Shown piece after piece: positions 11,086 to 20,430 of a stretch of 64,000 nt of DNA. The DNA is from an uncultured Gemmatimonadaceae bacterium (GTDB lineage Bacteria; Gemmatimonadota; Gemmatimonadetes; Gemmatimonadales; Gemmatimonadaceae): positions 704,001-768,000 of the forward strand of contig CAVXGK010000002.1 in assembly GCA_963761305.1 (NCBI GenBank), written 5' to 3'. Numbering within the stretch: position 1 is the stretch's first letter; each line of letters starts with the position of its first letter. The position numbers and the translations under genes are program-made. The notes under the pieces were generated by a model, which made no database searches, had not been told where the DNA came from, and saw only the letters and a program-made list of their open reading frames with translations.

Positions 11086-11119
11086 TTCACCTGTCACTGA
11101 ATACTCCGATGTCTCGCGA

Positions 11120-12436
11120 TTAATGTGTTGGCGGCTTGGGCTGAGTCGGTTTTGGACCGAATGCTCGAGCCGTGTCTCGTTGCGGTCGTGACGTGAGGGA
11201 CAGCTGACGCTGGCGTATCAGTTCGCGGACGCCCAGCTCCTTGTAGGCTGGACTCGTGAGCGACGCCATCAGCGCTACCAGATCGGCGATATCCTGCTCG
11301 GTGAGCGCTAGCGGTTGGATATCGGGGTCGAGATACGGATTCTCAACCCCATCGCCCTTGTTGTAGTGGTCCACGACGTCCCACAGCGTGTTGGCGGAGC
11401 CATCGTGAAAGTACGGGCCGGTCACGAGCACGTTGCGAAGATCAGGACTCTTGAACGAAGCGATGTCCGCCGGTTTCCGCGTCACGAGGTAGCGGCCGAT
11501 CGCGGACATGGGAGAAATGATGGCCGCGCGGTCGATCGAGGCCGTGTCGCCCTTTTCAACGAGCTCCTCCGCCTGCTGAGCCATCTCGACGACGCGGTGT
11601 CGCACGATGCCGACGCCGATGTTGTGAAAATCGTTGTCGGTGAAGGTCGTGGGCCGTGATGTCGTATCGGTGAGCGCGTGGCACTTGTTACAACGCGCCT
11701 GGGTGTTGAAGAGCTTCCACCCGCGGCGAGCCGAGGCGTCGATCGCGCTGGAGTCTCCCGCCACGAAATGGTCGAATGGCGAGTCGAACGCCACCTGCGA
11801 CCGCTCATACGACGCGATTGCGCGCGCGAGGTCGCCACCGTTGATGGGACGTCCAAAGATGGTCTGGAACGCCCGGCGATACTCCGTGATCGCGGCGATT
11901 CGCGCCACCGCGCTATCGATGTTCGGCTGTCCCATCTCGACGGGATTCGTGATCGGGAAAATGACCTGTTGCTCGAGTGTGCCGGCACGGCCATCCCAGA
12001 ACTGCGTCACGTTGTACAGGGCATTCAAGATGGTGGGAGCGTTCCGTTGACCGAGCCTGTTCCCGATCCCGACGGAGACGGCCCGACCGTCGGTGAACGC
12101 AAGCTGCGGGTTGTGGCAGCTGCTGCAGGCCACCGTTCCATTCGCGGACAGTCTTCCGTCGAAGAACAGCTTTTCACCGAGTGCCACCTTCGCCGGAGTT
12201 TGGGGATTGTCCAGGGGGATCACGGCGCGGGTCAGCGCGAGCGGTACACCGACCTGTTGCAAGGACTTGGGCTCGGCGAGGGCATCTGGGGTCGGAATCG
12301 GGCCCAGGGGTTTCGCCGACGTGCGAAACGCGGCGGACGCCAAGCTTCCCGAGTCGGACCTCGACCTGTCGCGCTCGCAGGCACCGAGCAACAACACACA
12401 GGCTGTCGTGCTCGTGACGGCAGTCCGCCGAACCAT
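11120..12436 (-). CDS. Di-haem cytochrome c peroxidase (CcP/MauG superfamily), probable lipoprotein
   Basis: LGEKLFFDGRLS, CSSCH and CNKCH haem motifs, RNAPT, QFWDGRA, FKSPDLRNV..GPYFHDGS; LLLGAC lipobox after ATG 12436. Confidence 0.9.
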   Translation of the reverse strand: MVRRTAVTSTTACVLLLGACERDRSRSDSGSLASAAFRTSAKPLGPIPTPDALAEPKSLQQVGVPLALTRAVIPLDNPQTPAKVALGEKLFFDGRLSANGTVACSSCHNPQLAFTDGRAVSVGIGNRLGQRNAPTILNALYNVTQFWDGRAGTLEQQVIFPITNPVEMGQPNIDSAVARIAAITEYRRAFQTIFGRPINGGDLARAIASYERSQVAFDSPFDHFVAGDSSAIDASARRGWKLFNTQARCNKCHALTDTTSRPTTFTDNDFHNIGVGIVRHRVVEMAQQAEELVEKGDTASIDRAAIISPMSAIGRYLVTRKPADIASFKSPDLRNVLVTGPYFHDGSANTLWDVVDHYNKGDGVENPYLDPDIQPLALTEQDIADLVALMASLTSPAYKELGVRELIRQRQLSLTSRPQRDTARAFGPKPTQPKPPTH

Positions 12437-12616
12437 CGAGTTCGTCGCGCGGATTGCGCGAATCGCCTGAACGAGTTGTTCTCGCACGCGACGCGTCGCC
12501 GCACGATCGATGCCCGGCAGGGCCGGTCCAGCGCGTCTGCGCCTACCTGCACGATTTGGTCGATCCCACAAACGCCGTCGATGAGCACCAACGCGCCGTT
12601 CTATGGCGTGAGCAGA

Positions 12617-12760
12617 GCGATCACGCACGCGTCATACAACCAGCAGAAGGACAACCCGTCGGTCACGGAGATCGTCGAGATCCCGAACCGCGGGCACGCG
12701 CTGACGATCCGAGGCCGCGGACAAGGCGCTCGAGTTCGTTCGCCGATTCGTTTTGACGGT
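12617..12760 (+). pseudogene. C-terminal remnant of an alpha/beta hydrolase with a frameshift
   Basis: AITHASYNQQKDNPSVTEIVEIPNRGHALTI, then in another frame EAADKALEFVRRFV; recalled similarity to hydrolase C-termini; no N-terminal part or start seen. Confidence 0.6.
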
Positions 12761-12768
12761 GAACCGTG

Positions 12769-12818
12769 CAACACAGACTCGCGCTCGTAGGTGCCTCTAC
12801 GAGCGCGAGTCTGTGTTG
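12769..12818. terminator. Perfect 22-bp inverted repeat, probable bidirectional terminator
   Basis: caacacagactcgcgctcgtag-gtgcct-ctacgagcgcgagtctgtgttg between convergent 3' ends. Confidence 0.7.
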
Positions 12819-12852
12819 TCCGTTCGGCGCGCGGACGAACGATGACTGAGGG

Positions 12853-13401
12853 CTAGCCGCGGAGCGTGCGTTGCGCGCGCACCGCCTGGGGGATCGACAA
12901 GTTCGTGCGCAGAATCGTTCCGCCGTACCCGCGGAATTTTTCGGCGACGAGATCGGGATCGGCCGTGCGCGCGAGAACGAAGACAGCGGACTCGCCAGGG
13001 TTGATCAACTTGCCGACCTGATCGACGAAATCCTGCGTAATGCCGTAGCGTTTTTTGAAATCCGTGGCGTCCTCCGCACCCATGGCGGCTCCGCCGATCG
13101 CACCGCCGGCCGCGCCGGCACCCACCGCGCCGGCCGCTGCCGCTGCGCTCAGTCCGCCCGTGAAGGGCGCGGCCAGCAGCCCACCGAGCAACGCGCCGGC
13201 GATCAACCCCAAGTCCGCTCCTTGTCCGCGCGTCGCTTGCACGCTCTGATCGATGCGCAGCTCGCCGTCATCGGTTCGATACGCTGAGACGCCATCCTTC
13301 AGATCGATCACCCAGCTGTCATCCAGCTTTTGCAATTCGGAGAGCACTTCGGACGCGCGGCGGGTTCCCTTGAACCCGATGACGATCAGATTGTCAGCCA
13401 T
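12853..13401 (-). CDS. DUF1269-like membrane protein
   Basis: NLIVIGF start, Gly/Ala-rich hydrophobic core, YGITQDFVDQVGKLINPGESAVFVL, GGTILRTNLS; GGAAGGA RBS. Confidence 0.82.
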   Translation of the reverse strand: MADNLIVIGFKGTRRASEVLSELQKLDDSWVIDLKDGVSAYRTDDGELRIDQSVQATRGQGADLGLIAGALLGGLLAAPFTGGLSAAAAAGAVGAGAAGGAIGGAAMGAEDATDFKKRYGITQDFVDQVGKLINPGESAVFVLARTADPDLVAEKFRGYGGTILRTNLSIPQAVRAQRTLRG

Positions 13402-13479
13402 GAGCATTCCTTCCACCGAGTCGGTGGTGTTGGGCGTCGCACAAACGGGGGCGGGCACGCTAACGGTGCGTCGCGCGTC

Positions 13480-13502
13480 GCGTCATTGGCCTTTCGGCGT
13501 AG
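13480..13502. promoter_or_regulatory. Candidate transcription-factor site, copy 1
   Basis: gcgtcattggcctttcggcgtag; 20/23 identical to 15634-15656 and at an equivalent distance from a minus-strand start. Confidence 0.5.
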
Positions 13503-13547
13503 TCATCGAGCTCATCGACCGCGCACTCTCGATCCGTCAGACGAGGG

Positions 13548-13777
13548 GCGGTCACGGAGCGCGGAGACATGGAACGAGGATGCGGGACGAGTGCGGTGAC
13601 GGAGTGCGGAGACATGGAACGAGGATGCGGGACGAGTGCGGTGACGGAGTGCGGAGACATGGAACGAGGATGCGGGACGAGTGCGGTGACGGAGTGCGGA
13701 GACATGGAACGAGGATGCGGGACGAGTGCGGTGACGGAGTGCGGAGACATGGAACGAGGATGCGGGACGAGTGCGGT
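13548..13777. repeat. 45-bp tandem repeat, about 5 copies, no spacers
   Basis: Unit gcggtgacggagtgcggagacatggaacgaggatgcgggacgagt; catgg recurs at 13568, 13613, 13658, 13703, 13748; first copy has 2 mismatches. Confidence 0.97.
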
Positions 13778-13864
13778 GGTGCTTCTCGCGAGTAGCAGCG
13801 CTCGCCAAGCGTCCCCTGGCGCTGTATGCTCGAGGGTTCTTTCAACCCTCGGCGGGAGACGACA

Positions 13865-14449
13865 ATGTCAGACGTCATTCGCGCTGCATACCGTCGTACC
13901 TGGTGGGCGCTCGTTCTCCGCGGTCTCCTCGGCATTGCGATCGGAGTCCTGATCTTCTGGAAACCGCTCGACTCGATCGCGACGCTCGCGTTGGTCATCG
14001 CATGGTGGGCGCTGTTCGGGGGAACCGTCCAGGTCGTCCACTCGTTCGCACTCCGCTCGATTTTTCCGCAGTGGTGGGTCCTGCTGCTGAGCGGCATCGT
14101 GGGGATCGTGTTCGGCGTCGCCGCCTTGCGAAATTATCCCGGGCTCTCGCTCGCGTTCGCGGTGATCTGGGTCGCGTGGTGGCTGCTGATCACCGGCGTG
14201 TTCGCGATTTCCGCCGCCGTGCTGGAGCGCAGGATGGGAGTGTCGTGGGGGTGGACGCTCGCCTTCGGCTTGGTCGCTGTGGTCGCGGGCATCTTTGCGC
14301 TCATGTCACCGGGAGCAACGTTGGCTTCGATCATGGGACTCATCGCCGGATTCGCGCTCGTGAGCGGGATCGTTCATCTCATGGGGGCGTTCTCGCTTTC
14401 GAGGGCGAAGGACGACGTCGTCGACCAGGCGACCAGAACGGCGGCCTAG
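13865..14449 (+). CDS. HdeD/DUF308 family membrane protein
   Basis: WWALVLRGLLGIAIG, duplicated hydrophobic hairpins, about 6 TM segments; GGGAG RBS. Confidence 0.85.
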   Translation: MSDVIRAAYRRTWWALVLRGLLGIAIGVLIFWKPLDSIATLALVIAWWALFGGTVQVVHSFALRSIFPQWWVLLLSGIVGIVFGVAALRNYPGLSLAFAVIWVAWWLLITGVFAISAAVLERRMGVSWGWTLAFGLVAVVAGIFALMSPGATLASIMGLIAGFALVSGIVHLMGAFSLSRAKDDVVDQATRTAA

Positions 14450-14494
14450 GCCGCCTACGACTTATCTTTCGCGCGCCGCCTACCGTCGATCAGC

Positions 14495-14722
14495 ATGCTG
14501 TCAAAGAAGGCAATTCAGGGACTCCGCCAAGTCGCGGAGTCCAGTGCACGCGCCCAGCCCGACGAAGAGCTCAAGGCGGACGCCGAGACCGTGGACCGCG
14601 TCTCGAAGCGCGTGCACTCGGAAGTTGCGCGAACCGCGTTCGTCGTCCTGGCGGAGGTCTACCACGCCGAGATCGCACGTCGAACGACGACTCGACCGCG
14701 AAGGAAGAAGACGAGCGGCTAG
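14495..14722 (+). CDS. Small hypothetical protein
   Basis: 75-aa ATG ORF filling an intergenic gap, helical composition, basic tail. Confidence 0.5.
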   Translation: MLSKKAIQGLRQVAESSARAQPDEELKADAETVDRVSKRVHSEVARTAFVVLAEVYHAEIARRTTTRPRRKKTSG

Positions 14723-14758
14723 CGCTGCCGTGAAATAGTCGCCCGTCGCGACGCGACC

Positions 14759-15553
14759 TTACGGGGATTTTCGCGCCGCCTGCGTGACGTTCGCCGCTTT
14801 CATGATGACGGCAGCGACATCCGCCGGCTTCGACAACATCGCCAGGTGGCTCGTGCTGAGCTCCGTCGTCGTTGCGTTCATGCGTTTGGCGAAGAAGCGC
14901 TCCTCGTCAGGCGGGATCGCCTCGTCCAACTTCGCGACGATGTACCACGACGGCTTCGCCTTCCACGCGGCGTTCGAGACCTGAGTGCCGAAGGACGCGG
15001 CCAGGATCGGCCCCTGCGCGGCGGCGAGCACGCGCGCCTCGGACGCCGGCAGATCTGACGCGAAATGCTTCACGAACGCGTCGGTCGAGAGCGTCATGAA
15101 GCCCGACTTGTCGACGATCGGAGCGGCGAGCGCCGCGGGTGTCGGATAGTTCTTGCCGAGGTCACTCACTACCTCACCAACATCAGGGGCGAACGCCGCG
15201 ACGTAGACGAGGCTGACCACTTTCGGATCCACCCCCGCCTCGGTGATGACGGTGCCGGCCCAAGAGTGGCCAACGAGAACGACGGGGCCGGTCTGCAGGT
15301 CGAGAGCGCGTTTGGTCGCCGCGACATCATCGGTGAACGACGTCAGAGGATTCTGCACCGCTGTGACGTTGTAGCCGTTGGCCTGAAGGATCGGGATGAC
15401 CTTCGCCCAACTCGACCCGTCGGCGAACGCGCCGTGAACGAGGACAATCGCGGGCCGTGCGGCTTGTGCGCCGGCGAAATTCGCGAATACGCAAAGGAGC
15501 GTAGCGGCGGCCGTCACGCCGAGGACGCGGTTGGCGCGCGTGAAGACTCTCAT
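14759..15553 (-). CDS. Secreted alpha/beta hydrolase
   Basis: Signal peptide, VLVHGAFADGSSW, VGHSWAG nucleophile elbow, LVYVAAFAPD, terminal TSH. Confidence 0.9.
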   Translation of the reverse strand: MRVFTRANRVLGVTAAATLLCVFANFAGAQAARPAIVLVHGAFADGSSWAKVIPILQANGYNVTAVQNPLTSFTDDVAATKRALDLQTGPVVLVGHSWAGTVITEAGVDPKVVSLVYVAAFAPDVGEVVSDLGKNYPTPAALAAPIVDKSGFMTLSTDAFVKHFASDLPASEARVLAAAQGPILAASFGTQVSNAAWKAKPSWYIVAKLDEAIPPDEERFFAKRMNATTTELSTSHLAMLSKPADVAAVIMKAANVTQAARKSP

Positions 15554-15633
15554 CGAACCCTCCCCGATGGTGGAATGGCGTCGAGCGCTCGAGGTGAGCG
15601 CGAGCCGCTGAAATTCTTGACGCAGAAATCCGT

Positions 15634-15656
15634 GCGCCATTGGCCTTTCGTCGCAG
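15634..15656. promoter_or_regulatory. Candidate transcription-factor site, copy 2
   Basis: gcgccattggcctttcgtcgcag; see 13480-13502. Confidence 0.5.
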
Positions 15657-15792
15657 CGGTGAGCGAGCGTGGCGGCACTCGTATTGCGCGGCGCGGCCGT
15701 GACTCGCGTTTGATCGCAAGGGAACGTTCGTTTCTTTCGCGCAACGAGAACGTAACGACGCTTCGACTTGCGATCGCGGCGCGACGAACCGC

Positions 15793-16230
15793 ATGTTCGG
15801 GGAAATGGACGAACTTCCTCGCGAGACCGTTGAAGACATGCTCGCCGATCCGACGCGGCTTCTCGCCGTGAAGGAGAAGATCGGCTCGTTGGTTGCGGCC
15901 TGGGACGCGCGAGCGTCGCTCGAGATCGAGCTCTCACCGCTGTGGCGTTACTGCTCCACGGACGGCTGGGGCATCTTCGACGGCGGCGATTGCATCGTGT
16001 CGCGCTTGCCGCACACGAGCACGGTCGCCGTCTCGGGGCGCCCGTATCGTCGGTTCACCAAGTACCTCGTCCACGCCATCGCGGCCGAGTTGGCGGCGCG
16101 AGGCGTGCCGACGGTTCAGCTGGTGCCGCCTGAGTCCGCGGTCGTCGTGACGCCCAATGAGTTTGCGCGCGCGTGGAGGACGCTCAACGAGCCGGCGCTT
16201 CCTTCCCCTCGGAAACCTGACGTGATTTGA
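15793..16230 (+). CDS. Hypothetical protein
   Basis: 145-aa ORF with globular composition and no overlap with recognised genes. Confidence 0.6.
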   Translation: MFGEMDELPRETVEDMLADPTRLLAVKEKIGSLVAAWDARASLEIELSPLWRYCSTDGWGIFDGGDCIVSRLPHTSTVAVSGRPYRRFTKYLVHAIAAELAARGVPTVQLVPPESAVVVTPNEFARAWRTLNEPALPSPRKPDVI

Positions 16231-16265
16231 AGACGGTGGGCGCGCCTACGTCGCGCGTCTTCTCA

Positions 16266-17165
16266 TCACTGTCCGACGACCGTTCCGTTCGCGCGCAGCG
16301 CTCGGAAAAGAAATCCTCCGACGCGCCGTTCGTATTCGGCTCTGTCGTACGCGTAGAGGTCCTCGTGCCCAGCACCCTCGACCGGCCAATAGGACTTGGG
16401 GGCGGGGGCGTGCGCGTAGAGCGACTCCGCTTCGGCGATGGGCGTATACGGATCGTCGGTGCCGGAAAGGAACAACAGCGGCGCGTGCAGCTCCGCGATC
16501 CGATCGATCGGCCGCAACTCCGTTTCCGTGACGCCGATGTCGTTGCCGACAAAATGAATGACGGCCGGCGTGAACAGTCGCGCCACGCTGCCCAGCGGAC
16601 CAAGCCATGTGCCGAGCCGATCGCTCACCGCCTGGTGAATCGTCGGATAGACAGACTCGAGGACGAAGGCGTTCGCGTCGAGCGGGCCGGGGCCGAGCAG
16701 CGCCGCCGCGCCTCCCATCGAGATACCGATCACTCCGACTCGCTCCGCGGGCATCGCGTTGCGCAGAAAGGTCATCGACGCCGCAGCATCGAGGCTTTCA
16801 CGCGCGCCGAACGTGACGTGGTCGCCGGGCGACTCGCCGTGCGCCTGGAGGTCGGGCGCCAGCACCGTGAACCCGAGACGGTGCAGGAATCTCGCGCGAG
16901 CGAGCATGCTCGTCCGATTCGAGCCGACACCGTGGAGGAGCAGCACCGAACCGGCGCCAGGCGCTCCGCGCGCCAGCCACGCGTGAATGTTGCTGCCTGA
17001 GCTGCTCTGGTAGGTCACACTCACGGCGCCAAGATCCGCTGGGGCGGCTCCGATGGACACTTGAGAGGGACGCGCCATGATACAGCCCGTCATGGCCACC
17101 AGTGCCGCGAGCCATGCGGCGGCGAGGGCGGATGAATTGCGACTCGATGATGGCGACGTGGGCAA
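16266..17165 (-). CDS. Alpha/beta hydrolase (serine aminopeptidase S33-like), possibly a lipoprotein
   Basis: LLLHG, PDLQAHGES, GISMGG, GTDD, GAGH triad; start uncertain (TTG 17165 or ATG 17093). Confidence 0.85.
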   Translation of the reverse strand: MPTSPSSSRNSSALAAAWLAALVAMTGCIMARPSQVSIGAAPADLGAVSVTYQSSSGSNIHAWLARGAPGAGSVLLLHGVGSNRTSMLARARFLHRLGFTVLAPDLQAHGESPGDHVTFGARESLDAAASMTFLRNAMPAERVGVIGISMGGAAALLGPGPLDANAFVLESVYPTIHQAVSDRLGTWLGPLGSVARLFTPAVIHFVGNDIGVTETELRPIDRIAELHAPLLFLSGTDDPYTPIAEAESLYAHAPAPKSYWPVEGAGHEDLYAYDRAEYERRVGGFLFRALRANGTVVGQ

Positions 17166-17223
17166 TGCCTCGGCGGGAACACCGGTGACGAAACAATGGA
17201 CGGCAGGAGCCGTCCATTGCTGA

Positions 17224-17242
17224 TAGTATACCGGTTGTACTA
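17224..17242 (-). promoter_or_regulatory. Imperfect palindrome TAGTA-N9-TACTA overlapping a TATACT -10 box
   Basis: tagtataccggttgtacta, an AT-rich patch upstream of the hydrolase; TATACT at 17230-17225 on the minus strand. Confidence 0.4.
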
Positions 17243-17262
17243 GAAATCGTTCGTTTCGTGAC

Positions 17263-18081
17263 TCAGCGGTTGCCTTTTCGCTCGGCAATGCCCGGGAGAG
17301 TGGCGCCCGCGGTCGCCGGCTCAGGTCCGTCGAGCAGCTGAACGGAGCCGAGGTCGGCGACGACCAGATTGGCACCATGCGCGCGAAGAGCCGCGCCGTG
17401 TTCGCCGTCACCAATCCCGACCACAAGCCGAAATCGGCCGGCGCGCCCGGCTTCTACTCCGGCGATGGCATCCTCGAAGATCGCCGCCTGGTCGGGCGGC
17501 ACGTTCAGGCGACGCGCCGCTTCGACATACGTGTCGCCGGCCGGTTTGCCTCTGAGATGGAGCTCGCCGAGATCGACGCCGTCGACCCGGGCATCGAACA
17601 GCGCGGTGAGGCCGGCCTTGGCAACCACCGCCGCGCAATTCCGCGACGAGGAGACGATCGCCGTGTGGATGCCGCGCGAGCGCGCGTCGCGGATGAAGCG
17701 CACCGTGCCATCGAAGACGTCGACGCCATGGTGCTCGAGCGCATCCATGAAATACACGTCTTTGCGATTCGCGAGGCCGTTGACCGTTTCCGCATTCGGG
17801 CCGTCGTCGGGGCTGCCCATCGGAAGCGCGATGCCGCGTGCCTGCAAGAAGCTCTCGGCGCCGTCCTGCCGCGGCTTGCCATCGACGTACCGCTGGTAAT
17901 CGTCGACCGCGTCGAACGGCTTGAACGGCTGCCCGGTTTGCTTGGCGCGTCGCGAAAGGTAGTCGTCGAAGAGCTGCTTCCAGGCCGCCGCGTGAACCTT
18001 GGCAGTCTTGGTCACCACGCCATCGAGATCGAATAAGAAGGCTCGAAACTGGCTCAGATCGATGCGTTCGGCGGTCGTCAT
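17263..18081 (-). CDS. Beta-phosphoglucomutase family HAD hydrolase
   Basis: FDLDGVVTKTA, YVDGKPR, VSSSRN, GKPAGD, FEDAIAGV; ATGA overlap with the GH65 stop. Confidence 0.92.
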   Translation of the reverse strand: MTTAERIDLSQFRAFLFDLDGVVTKTAKVHAAAWKQLFDDYLSRRAKQTGQPFKPFDAVDDYQRYVDGKPRQDGAESFLQARGIALPMGSPDDGPNAETVNGLANRKDVYFMDALEHHGVDVFDGTVRFIRDARSRGIHTAIVSSSRNCAAVVAKAGLTALFDARVDGVDLGELHLRGKPAGDTYVEAARRLNVPPDQAAIFEDAIAGVEAGRAGRFRLVVGIGDGEHGAALRAHGANLVVADLGSVQLLDGPEPATAGATLPGIAERKGNR

Positions 18082-20363
18082 CCGCCGTCCTCGTGCCAGT
18101 CGCTCCAGGCAGCCTGCTCGCGATGCACCTGGTAACGTGAACCCGAGCGCGCGCGGCACGTCGGCCCGTCCACGATCGAGAGCGTGAGCTCGCCGCCATC
18201 GAGGACGTCGACCTCGACGTCGAGTGGATCGGCGGTGATTCGGACGGCGAGCGTGCGGCCGTGCCAACGCGCCGGGAAGTGCATCTCCGACCAGCCGGGT
18301 GGAAGTCGCGGATCGAGCGCGATTCCGTCGTCCCGTATCTGCGCCCCGGCCATGCCGAAGACTGCTGCCTGCCACAGCCCTCCAAGGCCGCCCATGTGCA
18401 CGCCGCCGGCGGCACCGGGCTCGGTCTCGCCGAGATCGATGTCGGCGCCCCGGCGAAATAGTTCGAGCGACTCCGCGCCACGGCCAAGTCGCGCCGCCAC
18501 CATCGCGGACAGCGAAGGGCTGAGTGAGCTCCCGTGCGCCGTGCGCGGCTCGTAATACTGAAAGTTTGCTTCGTGAATCGATCTGGGGAACTCGTTCCAC
18601 AGCAACGCGGAGAGAGCCACGACGTCGGGCTGCTTGACCGCTTGCACGCGTTGGATCCGGTCGTGGCCGAGGCAGACGTCGATCAGCTGCCCGCATTGCA
18701 CGTAGGAGCCGACGTCGATGTCCTCGAGCTTGAAGAAGCCGTCGAACTGCTCGAACAGACTGGAATCGGGACGGAAGCCCGTGACCAACGCTTCGGCAGT
18801 TCGGCGCCACTCTTCCGGTTCTGTGTCGGCAATCGAGAGACGGCCGCACAGCGACAACCAATCCGCGTTGCGGGTGCGTTCCAGCGTGGCGAGGATCTCC
18901 ACCGCGCGCAGCAAATTCCAGCGCGCCATTCCGTTCGTGTACGCGTTGTCGTCGACCGGCTCGTGGTATTCGTCGGGGCCGATGACGCGTCGGATGTGCG
19001 CCGCCCCGTCCGCTTCGATTTGCGCGCGGCTCGCCCAGAACCGTGCCGTCTCGACGAGGATCTCGGCGCCGGCCGTGGCCATGAACTCGTCGTCCCCGGT
19101 GCCTCGCCAGTACTGCCAGACGGCGTACGCGACGTCCGCGCTGATGTGGTGCTCGAACTCGCCGGTCAGGATTTGGATGACTTGTTTGTTTGGGCCGCGT
19201 ACGGTGCGCGGGGTCGTCTCGTCGCCCGTGTCGGCGGACTCCCACGCGTAGAGCGCGCCTTTGAAGCCGTGCGACTTGGCCTTTCGGCGCGCGGCGTCGA
19301 GCGTGTTGTAGCGATACATCAGGAGCGCGCGGGCCGACGGTGGATCCACGAAGATGTAGAACGGCAACATGTAGATCTCCGTGTCCCAGAACACATGCCC
19401 GCGGTATTCCGGTCCGGTGAGGCCTCGCGCTGCAATCGACACGTGCTCGTCGTCGGGATTCGCGGCTGACAGCAGGTGATAGATCGCAAACCGGAGCGCT
19501 CGTTGAGCACGTTCGTCGCCCACGATCCGGATGTCCGCGGCCTTCCATCTGGCGCGCCACGCGTCGACGTGGGCTTCAATCTGCGAATCGGCTCCATCGC
19601 GTTGCATCGAGTCGAGCGCACGCGATGCCGAATCCGAGCGTTCCTCACGGTCGCGGGCGGCATGGACCGATACCAGGCGATCGAAGCGAATGGATTTGCC
19701 TGCCGCCACCTGCCACGACAAATGTGTCTCGAGGCGATCCTCGGAGCGGTCCGTGCGAGACGGAGGCGGATACGACTGCACTGCCGTAGAGAACGTGACG
19801 CCATCGACGCTCTTGGCCCGCCGAGCGACAACGCCGAGTGTTCCTGGTCGGTTCTCCGCGGTGATGGTCAGCGATTGAACGAGCATATGGCGATCGGCCA
19901 GCGACGCGAACTGGAGAAGAATCACCCGAGTGACGCCGCGGCTCGCGTCCTCCTGCCTCCACTCGCGCCACAACAGGCCGCGTTCCAGATCGAGCACGCG
20001 GCGATGTTCGAGCAGTCGTCCCGCATCGAACGACAATTGTCGGTCGTCGACGACTACTTCGAGGTGCGACCAATCGGGCAAGCGAAAGATCGTCGGCCCG
20101 CCGCCCGACTCGGGATCGGGCGCGAACACGCCGGCGACGAACGTCGCGGGCCTCGACAAAGGGCCGCCCTCGGCAAGCGACGCGCGCGAGCCAAGGTATC
20201 CGTTGACGATGGCGAAGATGGATTCGATCGCGGGCTCGCGTGGACCCGGCGCGCCCTCTTCCACCAGACTCCAGGCTGGATCTGACCGCCGGAGTAGATC
20301 CGCCAGCATCGTCACGAGTCGCTCACGAGGGTTCTCCGGCCCGCAGCAGAGAACGCTCGACAT
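18078..20363 (-). CDS. Glycoside hydrolase family 65 (trehalose/maltose/kojibiose phosphorylase-like)
   Basis: NGYLGSR, ARGLTGPEYRGHVFWDTE, GPDEYHE, KQPDVV, HGSSLSP; start uncertain. Confidence 0.92.
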   Translation of the reverse strand: MSSVLCCGPENPRERLVTMLADLLRRSDPAWSLVEEGAPGPREPAIESIFAIVNGYLGSRASLAEGGPLSRPATFVAGVFAPDPESGGGPTIFRLPDWSHLEVVVDDRQLSFDAGRLLEHRRVLDLERGLLWREWRQEDASRGVTRVILLQFASLADRHMLVQSLTITAENRPGTLGVVARRAKSVDGVTFSTAVQSYPPPSRTDRSEDRLETHLSWQVAAGKSIRFDRLVSVHAARDREERSDSASRALDSMQRDGADSQIEAHVDAWRARWKAADIRIVGDERAQRALRFAIYHLLSAANPDDEHVSIAARGLTGPEYRGHVFWDTEIYMLPFYIFVDPPSARALLMYRYNTLDAARRKAKSHGFKGALYAWESADTGDETTPRTVRGPNKQVIQILTGEFEHHISADVAYAVWQYWRGTGDDEFMATAGAEILVETARFWASRAQIEADGAAHIRRVIGPDEYHEPVDDNAYTNGMARWNLLRAVEILATLERTRNADWLSLCGRLSIADTEPEEWRRTAEALVTGFRPDSSLFEQFDGFFKLEDIDVGSYVQCGQLIDVCLGHDRIQRVQAVKQPDVVALSALLWNEFPRSIHEANFQYYEPRTAHGSSLSPSLSAMVAARLGRGAESLELFRRGADIDLGETEPGAAGGVHMGGLGGLWQAAVFGMAGAQIRDDGIALDPRLPPGWSEMHFPARWHGRTLAVRITADPLDVEVDVLDGGELTLSIVDGPTCRARSGSRYQVHREQAAWSDWHEDGG

Positions 20364-20430
20364 GCAACCACCATACCGGCACGGTTCGGCACGCCCTACC
20401 GGAGTCGAGAAGAAAATCACATCGGGCTGC

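Noticed and set aside
13548..13777. 45-bp repeats as a CRISPR array
   Set aside because: Units are contiguous with no unique spacers and no cas genes are present.
15712..15775. 9-bp inverted repeat (gatcgcaag/cttgcgatc) as a riboswitch or ncRNA
   Set aside because: No recognisable family motif and only limited pairing.
17263..19560. 765-aa ORF as a GH65-phosphoglucomutase fusion or frameshift
   Set aside because: The upstream part is an alternative frame of GH65; the two genes are ordinary ATGA-coupled neighbours.
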